From: Octopus vulgaris
Taxonomy: Eukaryota
Direction: 5' to 3'
Length of the DNA: 64,000 bases
NCBI GenBank assembly: GCA_951406725.2
Contig: OX597828.1
Coordinates: 1,922,001 to 1,986,000, forward strand
Shown piece by piece: positions 11,819-24,057 of this stretch. Position 1 is the stretch's first letter. Every line of letters begins with the position of its first letter. The notes beneath the pieces were generated by a model. The model did no database searches, was not told the origin of the DNA, and worked only from the letters and a program-made list of their open reading frames with translations. The position numbers and the translations under genes are program-made.

Positions 11819-12725
11819 TCTTCTCTCTTCGCTCCTTTATGCCATTTGGGCTCAACTCTCCTCCCCTCTTCATCTAACCTTCTCTCCTTGCCTCTCTCCT
11901 CCTCCCTCCTACTTCCTCCCACCCCCTCTCTTGCTCCAACTCCTACTTCTCTTCACTCCTACTCTCTTTCTCTCTTTCTCTCTTCTCTCTTACTTTGTCT
12001 CTTCTCTCTTACTCTCTTACTCTCTTTCTCTCTTCTCCCTTACTCTTTCACTCTCTCTTTCTCCCTTCTCTCTTACTCTCTTTCTCTCTTCTCTCTTCTC
12101 TCTTACTCTCTCTCTCTTCTCACATACCCACCTTCCTCTTCCCCCTTCATCGTCAACCGTCCCCCATAAGACCACCCCATCCCTACACATTCCTATTCCA
12201 CCTTCCCTATCCTTCCTATCCCCCCTCCCATCCCTTACACACTCTCTCACCCCACCTCTAGCCCCATCCTCTGCCTACCCACAATCTCCACCTCTACCCC
12301 CACCCTCTACCTACCCACATACCCCAACTCTACCCCAACCCTCAGCCTAACCCGCACCCCATCCATGCTTTCCCCACTCTCGCCTCCCCCACCCCAACAA
12401 CATCACACCACACCACACCACACTACACCTTCCTACACTACACATCACATCACAACACACCACCCACACACCAGCACTGACCAATTCCCATCCCCACATT
12501 TTCACACCTACACATACACACACTCACACGTCAAGACCACCAGCCCTCTTTCACACGCACATAATACTCTCTTATACACACACGCACTTTCGTGTTGGGA
12601 GTTATCTTTACTTTGTTATCTCCCCTACTTCTTCGCTCTCCTGTGTGACCCTTCTGTCCGGCAGTCGCCATGATCGGTAGCCAATACACGCATTTTTTCT
12701 CTTTTTCTCTCCTTGTTTTTTCTGT

Positions 12726-12766
12726 GTCCTTTCTGTAGAAGAGCGTAGGCTCGAAACGTAAACGAC
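12726..12766 (+). ncRNA. Degenerate minimal hammerhead-like motif in the Penelope 3' end
   Basis: gtccttt CTGTAGA a gagc-gtag-gctc GAAA cgta aacgac; the core deviates from CUGANGA. Confidence 0.4.
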
Positions 12767-12852
12767 TTTTTCAATTTCCAGAGCGTTATACTAATACATC
12801 TGTTTGTTCTATACACAACCTATCTTCGTCTTTTATTTTTTCGTGAACTCTA

Positions 12853-12914
<62 letters not shown>

Positions 12915-12915
<1 letters not shown>

Positions 12916-13045
12916 GACTGGATTTCACAGTCTCCATTGTCCAAATTTCACTTCCTAGGTACTGATAAACTCGAAACGATGGTAAAATTCACGTGTTCAT
13001 GTTACCGTGTCGTGAGATGAAACAACACGAAGCCATGTCTCTGTA
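12915..13045 (-). mobile_element. SINE family B, old degenerate 5' part
   Basis: acgactggatttcacagtctcc...aaatttcact resembles acgacgggcttctttcagtttccgtctaccaaatccact. Confidence 0.4.
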
Positions 13046-14669
13046 CTTAGTCAAAAACAATCAAACTGTTCTGGTTCATTTTTTTTTCATTTTATCGTTT
13101 AGTCAGGAAAAACCAGGCAGTCTCCAAAAGTTGTGTTATGAAGACCTGGTCAGAATGCTTGCCACAGGGTGAACGCCGTTAAAGTACTCAAAATCTAATT
13201 AGTGGTGATAAACTCGGCGACAAATTAAGTTTGGGTTTTGAACTTACGGCGGCAGAGAGTCGAAACAAATGCCACAAGATATCCTGTCCAGCGCTCTAAT
13301 TCACTGTTGAAGACTACTACTTTATTTATCGACACCAGGAGGCTGAAAATATTTAAAAGTTGACTTCGACTAGTTTTAAGTTCAGAATAAAGAAGTCAGA
13401 ACAAATAGAGCGAGTCATTTCCTCTGATGCTCGGATACTTCTGTCTTTATCTGTAATAAAAGTATTCAAAACTGCCAAAGAAATATTATTATTGCTTACA
13501 AACAAGGGAATATTTGTCTCATGTACAGTTTCGTTCTCCCATTCTCTTTTCTCTCTCATATGGGAAATATTGAGTCTATTATTATGCTAGTTATTATTTA
13601 TGTTCAGCAAGAGAAGAAAGAGAGAGAGAGAGAGGCGTGAGAAAGAGAGAGACAGAGAGAGATAGAGAAAGTAATTGAGTGAGATAGGGAGAGAGGGAGA
13701 AACGAAAATCAACTTGAGAATGCTTTATGTTCTTACAATTCTACACAAGTGATCAAACTTCATATGAAAACTACTTCCACATATCGCAATTCATTCAATG
13801 GAGGCTAAATGACTTTTTTAATTTTAATTTTATTTTCACACGAATAAACGAAGATTTATTGTCTTCTCATTCAGAACATGAATTGATTATTAATGTAAAT
13901 TCGTTTACTATAAAAGTAAACAAATCGATAGATGCTTATTTGAATCGGAGTGGATCAGAACGTACATAAAAAGTTCTATAAACAATATATTACCATATAT
14001 TTCTACCGTTATGTTTTAGTTCTTTGAAGTATATCTGATTTACTAAGACGATTTGCAAAGCAAAAATAATGAAAATTTCTTTTATAGACTTGAAAAATAT
14101 TTAAAAAATTTATAAATTTGAAAACTACTATTGTTGTAGATAATGTATATTTTTAAAGCTTTTGCTATCAAGGGTGTATCCACCACAGTTCTTGCCTGTA
14201 AAATATTTCTTTTTTTGTCTTCGGAAGGAAGACAGATTAAGTAAGCCGTGTAAAACCAAAGTAATCTACACACATACATACGCACATACGCGCGCGCGCA
14301 CACACACAGACACACACAGACACACATGTGTTCATACACACACTCGCACGCGCACAAAAACGCACAATAGCTTCGTATTGCATCTATGTTCATAATTATT
14401 TTCGTAATGAGTTTTCTTTATAGACACAATCATGGCTGCGTGGTTAAAAGTTCGGTGCTTAAGGGTTCAGTATTAGTACAAGACTGGGCAAATATATTCT
14501 ACTATAACTCCCTTGCGAGCGAATTCGATTGACGTGAACATCCACCTAAGAGCAAATCTCAGACGACTCTCAGCTTTTGATATAATAAACATACATTTAT
14601 CTCCGATATCTAACGTATGGAGTTCTATATCGATGTTTGCGCTATGTAAAATATATTTCAATATACATT

Positions 14670-15250
14670 AGGGCGGCGAGCTGGCGGAAACGTTACCATG
14701 ACTGGCAAAGTGCTTAGCAATATTTCGTCCGTCTTTACGTTCTGAGTTCAAACATCGCTGGAGTCGACTTTACCTTTCATCCTTTCAGGATCGATAAAAT
14801 AAGTACATTTTGAGCCTTGGGGTCTATAAAATCGGCTTAATATACCCCTAAATTGCTTGCCTTGTTTCAAAATTTGAGATCAATATGCCTTACAACTCTT
14901 TCCAACGTTCTGAGTTCAAATGTCGCTGGAGTCGACTTTCATTCCTTTGATGTCGACAAAATAAATACAGTTTGAATAGTGTGTCCATGTAATCGACTTG
15001 CCCTTGCCCAAATGTCTGACCTTGTGTCAAAATTTGAAACCAATCTACCTGACTAAGGGCAGGGAGCTGACAGAATCGTTACCGGCATCTCGTCCTTCAT
15101 TACGATTTAAGTTCAAATTCCGCCGAGGTCGACTTTGCCTTTCACCCTTTTAGGGCCGATAAAGTAGGTACCAGTTGAACACTGAGGTCGATGTAATCGA
15201 CTTACGTCTCTGCCCCGAAATTGGTGCCTTGTGCCAACATTTGAAACCAA
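14670..15250 (+). mobile_element. Cluster of three co-oriented SINE family A copies (~14670-14885, 14900-15045, 15055-15250)
   Basis: Each has a gttcaaa B-box-like motif, gtcgacttt..tcatccttt and the 3' end aaatttgaaaccaat or a variant. Confidence 0.8.
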
Positions 15251-15276
15251 TATACCTTACGGTTCTTACTTCACGA

Positions 15277-15335
<59 letters not shown>

Positions 15336-15530
15336 ACACACACAGAGACACATGCGTGTATGTATGTTTGTCTCTCACTGATTGACAACATATTATGGCT
15401 TATTTAAGTATTTGTTACTTAACAAAAAGAGACGGTGTTGGTTTGGTCGACTAAAACATGTTCAAAGACTGAAACAAGTAAATAAGTATTCTTTCCTTGT
15501 AATGATCATGATCATCGGAATATTTCTAGA

Positions 15531-15591
<61 letters not shown>

Positions 15592-16159
15592 AAAATCTTT
15601 CATTGCTGTGGCTGCGGATTCGAAGAGAAATGAGATAGTGAATGAACAGAGAAACTAAGGAACTTTTATAAGTATGAATGTTACCTGCTAGGTTTGCCTC
15701 TTTTATTACCACGAACATAACCATCTAATGGAATTTATATATTCTGTTGTATCCGAAGTTATGTTCCAAAAACGAAATTTATCTATTTTTAAAAATAATT
15801 TTCAATGGTTTGCTGATTTAAATGCTAAATACTGTAGTTATTTGTAATTATTTGTGAATGATAAGCGTTAGTAATTAAAATGAATTCAACTTTCCCGAAA
15901 ATACTTCGCGCATTTAAATTTACTGTAAAGTGACTATAACGGAAAATACATCGAGGATTTTCTCAGTTCCAATTATATGCTGACGCTTACTTTGACAATA
16001 ATCTAAAATATCTTTTAAAAAACCTGAAGATTAGCAAACCTGTCTATTTTGAAGAGAATGCATATATAGAGAATACGTAAACTAATTGCACAGACAAGTT
16101 GACATTTTGGCTTAACCTTTTATAGCCTATTTACACTATGTCGGATTTCAGTCAATCTA

Positions 16160-17421
16160 TCCGGTCATCCCATAAGTTCTGTTCGATTTTACCTTTTTTA
16201 AAATTGAATGAAATTTAATAGTATTTTAGAATGTCTAATGGAATTTAAAATTATTTTTATGCATTTGTGTACATTTAAACTAATTGAATATTATTTTACA
16301 GGATAGAATTAAAATTTCTTTGATTAAAACCCTTTCTAACATGGAAGTATTCAAAGAGCATTTAAGGCACATAATGCTTTATGAGTAAAAAAAAAGGAAA
16401 CTCTGCAGCCGAAGCAACTCGAAACATACACTCAGTTTATGGGAAAGAAAGCTTGAATGAAAGAACTTGCAGAAGATGGTTTGCAAAATTCAGAAGTGGA
16501 GATTTCAGCCTTGAAGATGAAGATCGAACAGGGCGTCCAGTTGAGTTTGATGATAAGCTCCTTGAGGCATTACTTGAAGAAAATCCTGCATTATCAGTGG
16601 AAGTATTGGCAATAAAGCTTAGTTAAAACCATACAACTGTTCATCGTCATCTTCAACAACTTGGAAAGGTTCCTAATCTTGAAAAATGGGTGTCTCATGA
16701 ATTGTCTGAAAGCAACCACAAATTCCGAGTTGACATCTGCTTTTCTCCCCATTCTCGTGAACTCATTTCACGCTTTTTGGGTGAAATGATTTCACGAGAC
16801 TTGTAACTGGTGACGAAAAACAGATCTATCGAAATGTTAAACGTCGTAAACAGTGGCTTGGTAAAAGGGAAAAAGCTCAACCACGATCGAGACGGGAAGG
16901 GATTGCAAAGGAGCAATTCACTTTGAATTGTTACCACCTAATGCAGCAATCAATGCTCAAGTCTACTGTCTGCAATTAGAGCATTTGAACCAAGCTTTGA
17001 AGAAAAGAAACCCTGCTTTAGTGAATCGAAAAGGAGTGATGTTTCATCAGGACAATGCGCGACCCACACTACAAAGATCACATCACAGATGATCGAAGAA
17101 CTTGATTGGGAAAAATTCCTCATCCACCTCATTCTCCCGACCTTGCTCCTTCAGACTACCATTTGTTTCGTAGTTTTACAGAATCATTTGGGGGACATAA
17201 CTTTCGCAAGCCAGGAGGAGGTCGAAACAGACATTTCAGATTTCTTCGCTTTGAAACGAAAAGGGTTTTACATTGATGGGATTAAAAAGCTTGTAAATAG
17301 ATGGAAGGAAGTCATAAATAATCAAGAAAAGTACATTGATGATTAACTTTCAATTAAATATAACATTCGATCACTTGTTTTCCTTATTCAAAATTCGGAT
17401 AGAACTTATGGGATGACCTGA
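16160..17421 (+). mobile_element. Full-length mariner transposon (1262 bp), TA target duplication
   Basis: TIRs tccggtcatcccataagttct and agaacttatgggatgacctga, with TA on both sides. Confidence 0.93.
16341..17346 (+). pseudogene. Mariner DD34D transposase, frameshifted
   Basis: HTH region RWFAKFRSGDFSLEDEDRTGRP, plus WVSHEL, VTGDEK, HQDNARPH and HSPDLAPSDYHLF; several stops and frameshifts. Confidence 0.92.
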
Positions 17422-18202
17422 TATAATAGAAGCTTAATTATATGAATTCCCTAAATATAAAAAGTAGTCACTTGGATTAAAAAGAGCAACAAAGTCAAAT
17501 GAGATCCATTGTCTTTATCTTTATCATACAATTGTATCAAGTAATGCGTCTTACTAATCCTTTCAAGTTTTAGACGAGGGTTTATGAAACAACAAATTAG
17601 CCTTGTTGATTAGCAGTTTGAACCAAACGCTGTATACACACGATATACAAGTTCTACAGCATTCAGAAATATGTTTTCAAAGCTCTTCATATATATATCT
17701 TGAGTATCATTTTGTCATTGCATTTCACTTATTTTCGCAATTAATTTCACACAAATGTAGATATATCCAAGTGGTATTAATGACTTGAACATCACTAGGT
17801 TGTGCAATGGCGTGTGACACAGGTCGAACCTTCGTCGAGGGAGCGGTTTCTCTGTTCTAGTGAAGGAAAAGGATATTGCCACACCAGGGTAATTTGTCAT
17901 TACAACTACTCTGTATGCTCAGTCATCCACTGTAACACTGAATGACACGAACCATAGGATGCAACTTGATACTTTCTGTTAGATGCTTGCAAAGCAGATG
18001 CCATCTTATAAACATTTGTTTTATGCATGTCCATTGAGCAGTTGCGTCTTTCACTTCCTTTATGTCACATCTTCCTGTCACTTTCATCACTTTTAACAGT
18101 GTTAACTTTTATGCACTGTTGAAATCATTTAGTTTTACTGACCTGATACTGATGTGGTTATGATGACTAACTTTCAGAAGTTGGCATCATTGTTGATAAT
18201 TA

Positions 18203-20340
18203 CACTGTACAGCAAATTTCAGGTTCAAAAAAGCACAAGTTAAGTAAGACTTGTTTCTGGGTCCAAAATTTGTCCTGATTCTGATTTTGACCGTTATTTC
18301 TCCAGATTAGGCACTGTTTTCCCGTACCATGAACCATATGTTTTATAATATACTGCATAATATTGCCTATTGAACACAACATTGCAAATACTGAAAGTTA
18401 CAGAAAACAAAACAAAAAATTTAGTTGTATCAAAACATATATTGGTTTTGAATTAAAAACACACCTCACAGTTTAAACAACTTTTGCCCTTCTAAGCCTC
18501 TTGTGCGGAGTGTGATCTTCTGTTTTTCATACCCCAGCAGTAGTCTGCCAGCATGCCAGGGTTCCATTCTCCTTTGAATCGTCGCTCCATCACTGAAATA
18601 TCCTAATGGAATCTTTCACCATGTTTATCACTCATATCACTAAGGTTTTCTAAAAAAATCAAAATGAGAGTGAAGTACATGAACCTTTAGAGACATGTTA
18701 CATCCCATGTCATAATAATGACTCAGCAGATAATTCACAACTTGCACATAGTTTTCTGAACGATGGTTGCCCAGGAAGTTATAGCAAACTTTCTTGAAGG
18801 ACTCAAAGGCAAGCTTCTCTTGTCTCTTGAGATGTGTGATGAAGGTTTCATCAAGTACAATTTTTCGAATTTGGGGACCTATGAAGAAACCTTCTTTAAT
18901 TTTAGCTTGACTCAGAGAAGGGAACTTTTCTGCAAGATATGCAAATGCGGAGGATTCCTTGTCCAAGGCTTTCCTAAATTGCTTAAACAAACCAAGCTTA
19001 ATATGCAAAGGTGGTAAAAACAATTCTATCACATTTCACTAGTGGTTTGTGCAAGATGTGTTTTCCTTGCTCAATTTCATCTCGGATCGGCCAATCTTTG
19101 CATACATAATGTTCAGCTCTTGCCCTGGAATTCCATAAGCACAGGAAGCAGCAAAATTTAGTATACCCAGCTGAAGGCCAGTAAGCATGACCACAATCTT
19201 AAAATCTGCACAAATATGCCAGGTATGGTCATCATATTGTATGCTTGTTAGAATTGCTTTCAGATGTTCATATGATTCTTTCATGGTCGTGCTATAATCT
19301 ATGGGAACAGAAGGCAGAGTGTTACCATTGTGTAGCAGAACAGCTTTGATGCTGTCCTTTGATGCAGCTATGAAAAGTCGCCAGTTGGTTTTATCAAATG
19401 GTATTTCCAGTTGCTCAAAAAGTTCAGTGATGTCATTGCAAAAGCATAAGTAATCCTTCATGGTCAATAATGCAAGCAGATCCTCTGTACGTTTTCTGTA
19501 CAGTGTTATCTTCATTCCTTTCTCAAGAAGATTACGTTCTTGAAGCCTTGATACCAGAAACTCACTTTTTTCTTTGGTTAAATAGAGATCCCTGCACAAG
19601 ATATTTAGAGCCTCTTGAGAAAATGATATTTGTTTATTCTCGCTTTGGACTCCACACATTCCCCACTGGAATGTTCACCAGCACTGCTGGAACACTATAC
19701 ATTTCTTGATCTGGAGATTTGGGCACAGGTAAATTTTCTCAGTGCTCTACAGGGCGCATTGCTGATTGCAAATTTGGGTAAACAATGTGTTTCTTTTTCT
19801 TTGCTGTAGTACAGCCTGTAAAGTCATGGTGACAGAAATAGCAATCATTAGAGTGATCTTTCTGCTCACGCCAAACCATTGGCACACCAAAGTTCATGTG
19901 AACATTTTTTCCTGCATACCAGGCACTCAATGTCTTCACACATGTAAGGCAACACACATGAGGAGCCCATGACTTATCCTGGTCTCCTAAGTAACAATCG
20001 AAGTACACCTTGTATATTTTCTTGATATGGCGTATAATACTGCGCTTTTCTTTAGCAAAAGTCAATTCCCCACAGATATAACAGAATCTGTTTGGATCAT
20101 TTTGGCACTGTCTTGCAACAAATAAAGTTCTTGGCATGACACTTCGATATAAAACGACAACCTTTCACAAAATTCTAGAAACATCAGGATAGGCTTGCAC
20201 TTCGTCTTCATTTACGTCTTTTTTAGCGAATTATTACGTACTTCCACCACTTGGATCATGTCTTATTATTTTTATCTATATAAAAAAGCATTATATTCTA
20301 GAAAATACAAGAAAACATCGGGATCTTACCTTCCGTTGAA
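18203..20340 (-). mobile_element. Chapaev3-like (CMC group) DNA transposon
   Basis: Contains the transposase pseudogene listed next; candidate terminus tta|CACTG at 18203. The family assignment comes from recalled protein motifs. Confidence 0.7.
18470..20137 (-). pseudogene. Chapaev3-like transposase in frameshifted pieces (19739-20137, 19039-19659, 18640-19032 and a C-terminal remnant)
   Basis: CxNxPxxFCYICG...GDQDKSWAPH..C..C...VPMVWREQKDHSNDCYFC; WRLFI..SK.SIKAVLLHNGN; LPPLHIKLGLFKQF; MSLKVHVLHSHFD; SD.HGERFH.DI...MLADYCW. Confidence 0.85.
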
Positions 20341-20667
20341 AACAAGTAAGATCTGAAAGATAAAAAATAACATTAAACACAAGCTTTGAAGTATAAAGTA
20401 TTTAGCGATAAACTTAATTAAATTATAAGCACACAATAATAAACCAGAAAATATGATTTTTAGGGAGCATCTCAAATTCCATTTTACATGTAAATTAAGG
20501 ATATTTCAAATTCAAACAAATGACAATTCAGTGAGACAATGTAAGCCATATATACAAACAAACTTCTAAGATAACACTCGTAAAATATCTTTAGCTTTCT
20601 TGTTGCTTTTCCAATATTACGTTCTTAGAGTTACATAGTTTTTGTCCCTGACACTTCTTATGAGCTA

Positions 20668-20828
20668 GTCACCATGACTTTGCAGGTTGTACTACAGCAA
20701 AGAAAAAGAAACGCATTTTATACACAAATTTGCAATCAGCAATGCACCCATTAGAGCACTCAGAAAATTTACCTGTGCCCAAACCTCCAGATCAAGAAAT
20801 GCAAGGTTCCAGCAGTGCTGATGAACAT
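20668..20828 (+). mobile_element. Inverted, diverged fragment of the Chapaev-like transposase gene
   Basis: Reverse complement of about 19672-19832 (gtcaccatgacttt...aaatttgcaatcagcaatgc...ggttccagcagtgctg). Confidence 0.8.
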
Positions 20829-20865
20829 AGCACAGGAGTGGGTGTGTGGTAAGTAGCTTGCTTAC

Positions 20866-22321
20866 GCGCATGCATCGATCTATTCGCTGTATTGATTTGT
20901 GACGTGATGGACGGAGATTTTTGAGCTGCTCGGCAGCGGTTTTTCGGTGAGTGTTGTACCAGTGGAAAGGAATGTATTCTGACCTTAGCGAGTATGAACT
21001 ATCCTCAGCAAAGAGGAGCTCGTTAAGGCAGTAAACAGAATGGACGAGCATTTGGAAAGAGTAAAGAGTTTTGTTAAGGCTGCAGAGGTGTAGAAAAGGG
21101 AAGTGGACCTAACCGGATTGAAGGAGCTGTTTAAGATGACACAGAAGGTGGGCGGTGATGTGAAGTTATTACCCCCGAAAAGGGTTATGGTAAATACGGA
21201 AAAGAAGACAATTACCTACAAGGTGCACTCAGTGGAGAATATGAAGGTGGAGCGGATGGAGATGGAAAAAGTAGAAAAAGATCTGAAGGGGCTTTCGAAG
21301 GAAGTGACATATATAGCGAAAGGAAATGGATATGGGACGGTGGTTGTCCGGTTTAGGACAGCGGAGGAGGCAAAGAGGCTGGCGAGTACAACAGTAAAAA
21401 CGGAAGAACTAGTACTTCTACCCACTTACCAAGATTTCCAAGGTGAAGGTAGAAGCAATTCCACCGAATATAGAAATGGCTTGGGTAGCGGCAGCTGTCC
21501 TTGTTGGAAGTGAGAAGAAGGTGGCTGTCCTTCAAGCAACAGAAACAGAAGGAGAGTAGAAAGGAAGGACCTTGAACTGATCAAGGACACTTGAACTGGA
21601 GAACTTGGCAGAGACGGTGACGGTGGGGAAATCGTGCAGAAGGTGTGGGTAGAGGGTAGAGTACCACGTTGTTTTAAATGTGGCCAAACGGGCTACAATA
21701 GAGCATACTGCCCGCTACAGATGACAATGGCTGAGGATACAGTTGTGGAGACGGTAGAGAAAAGAGAGGAAGAAAAGATAGACGGAGGAAAGGAGGAAAA
21801 GGAGGAAGAATGGAAAGTTACAGAGAGCAAAAAAGAGGAAAAAGAAAATACACTGAGTATGATGTGGTACCCCAGTCCAACTCCAATCCACCCAAGACCA
21901 CCCAGACCCGCCCTCCCCATACTGACACCAAACCCACTCACCCAATTTCCCCACAAGAAAAAGAAAAAGGAAGAACAGAGACTACAAAATTTAGAAGAGC
22001 CTCCTCCCGGTGAAAAAGGTTACGAATGCATGGTGGAGAGAATGATGTCACTAAGTGATGGAGAAAGGGGAAAAAGGATTGGACTGAAAGAGAAAAAAGG
22101 ACTTAGGACCCAGAGGTGGCAAGTGGTGTTACTCAGTGTGGGGTGAGTAGCACACTCTTCATAATATCATTTTCAGATATTTTAATTTGTTTTTCATGTT
22201 CATTTTCATGTATCATTCATTATATCATATTTTATTTTTATATTTTTAATTGTTGTATGTCCCCACATGTGTTGTAGTGGCCCCCTCTGTGTGATACCAC
22301 TATAGCAATTTAAAAGAAATC
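20866..22321 (+). mobile_element. ORF1-only (gag-like, CCHC knuckle) non-autonomous L1/Tx1-like element with a 15-bp TSD
   Basis: aagtagcttgcttac at 20851-20865 and 22322-22336; ORF pieces 21103-21513 and 21634-22146 (VEGRVPRCFKCGQTGYNRAYC); T-rich 3' region ending aaaagaaatc; no APE or RT motifs seen. Confidence 0.75.
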
Positions 22322-22338
22322 AAGTAGCTTGCTTACCA

Positions 22339-22783
22339 CGCATGCGCTGTTGCTAGTGTTGTTCTTGGCACTAACGAAGTCGCACGCTATTTTGTAGCTG
22401 CGAATTTTTGACAAAAAGAGCTCAACTGTAAGCTAAGGTTCTCCATATTGCAAAAACTGAAAAAAAAACTGAAAGAAGAGTTCGGTTTATGACCGGGTGA
22501 CCCTAATACGTCATACGCCACATTTTTGCGTGAGGCATGGGGAATGGCGGGGTATGAGGGCATAAGCGATATTGAAGATGATGGACATTAGTGTTAAATG
22601 TAAAAGGTTTTGAAACCTCATCCTATGTTAAAGAAAATTGGTTTCGGGAAACAGCGGTCGGCGGGCGCCTTTCGTTTCCCCCATTCATTCGTATATTTTT
22701 CATTTCATCTCATTAATGTAAATGTCCAGCCCGCAGCTACAACTGTGTAATGCCCTTGTGGCAAATTATATGAATGCCAACCA
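22339..22783 (+). mobile_element. Unclassified 445-bp non-coding insertion with an 11-bp TSD
   Basis: cttgcttacca at 22328-22338 and 22784-22794; no listed ORF lies within it. The strand is inferred from its resemblance to the neighbouring element. Confidence 0.65.
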
Positions 22784-22893
22784 CTTGCTTACCAACCACA
22801 TGTTTCCGGGTTCAGTCCCACTTCTACTATAGCCTCGAGCCGACCAAAGCCCTGTGCGTGGATTTGCTAGACAGAAACTGAAAGAAGCCCGTC

Positions 22894-22972
<79 letters not shown>

Positions 22973-23402
22973 GTGTGTCTGTGTATGTCCCCCCAACATC
23001 ACTTGGCAACCGATGGCGGTGTGTTTACGTCCCCGTAACTTAGCGGTTCGGCAAAAGAGACCGATAGAATAAGTACTAGGCTTACAAAGAATAAGTCCTG
23101 GGGACGATTTGCTCGACTAAAGGCGGCGCTCCAGCATGGCCGCAGTCAAATGACTGAAACAAGTAAAAGAGTAAAACTAATAACAAAATAAAACAAGAAA
23201 TTTATACAAGCTGACGACATCTTACACTCGTCAAATTCACAAACAAAATCAGCTGTTAAGCCCATGGCTGGGTGGACGGCATCAGCTGATTTGTCTTGGG
23301 CTTTCTATTTCAATATTACATTCTTAGACTTTCATAACAAAACCAATGCCAAATATGAAACCAGAACTAACTATATACTGACGATATGATACACTCACTG
23401 AC

Positions 23403-23956
23403 GAACAAATAAAGCTCTCAGCTTGACATTTCCATATAAAACGACAACCTTTCACAAAATTCTCAGGATCGGCTTGCGCTTTATGTCTTCATTCATGTCT
23501 GTTTTAGCGAAATATTATGTACTTCCACCACTTGGATCACTTTATGCATACTGTCTTATCATTTTTATATATAATAATGCATTATATTCTAGAAAATACA
23601 AGAAAATATCGGGCCCCTACCTTCCGTCCGTGACGATCACACTTGTTTTTGTTTATTAAATATAATCTCGAATTTGTAGAAAACGTTTATTGATCTTCAT
23701 AGAAAATGTAAAAATTTAAGTTTCTTAACCGTAACTGTGCTATTTATCATATCACATTGTAGGTGTTACTAAGATTGGTCTCTACAATTCAGTAGAGAAT
23801 TTTATTTAATAATAATAACAAAAAGGGTATACAGTGACAATTCTGTAGAAACCATGCCTAATTCAACAAAAAGAAGACCAGAAATGGATTTTCCATGTCA
23901 TTTTGCATATAAAAATGGCCACAGATCTATTGTACTTTTCTGAGTGTTGCTGAGTG
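23403..23956 (-). mobile_element. Second Chapaev-like 5'-terminal fragment
   Basis: 23403-23628 aligns with 20115-20336; candidate terminus ...gttgctgaGTG|tta. Confidence 0.65.
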
Positions 23957-24057
23957 TTACTTGTGAAATGTATTCATTTAGATAGATTTTTGTATATTCG
24001 TGAAGTAGAATGAGTCCGCTTAGCACATGGTTAACGTTTCTGTAATAAAATACTGAT

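Larger units (their letters stand above)
11226..12856 (+). mobile_element. 5'-truncated Penelope-like retroelement (GIY-YIG ORF end, CT/CA-rich 3' region, pLTR-like end with hammerhead-like motif)
   Basis: Contains the GIY-YIG frame listed next and a hammerhead-like motif at 12726-12766; ends in a (TA)n run. Confidence 0.85.
20834..23176 (+). mobile_element. SINE family B split by two insertions (head 20834-20865; body 22784-23176)
   Basis: aggagtgggtgtgtggtaagtagcttgcttac joins cttgcttaccaaccacatg...gggttcagtcccac, as in the intact copies at 39066 and 55808. Confidence 0.88.
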
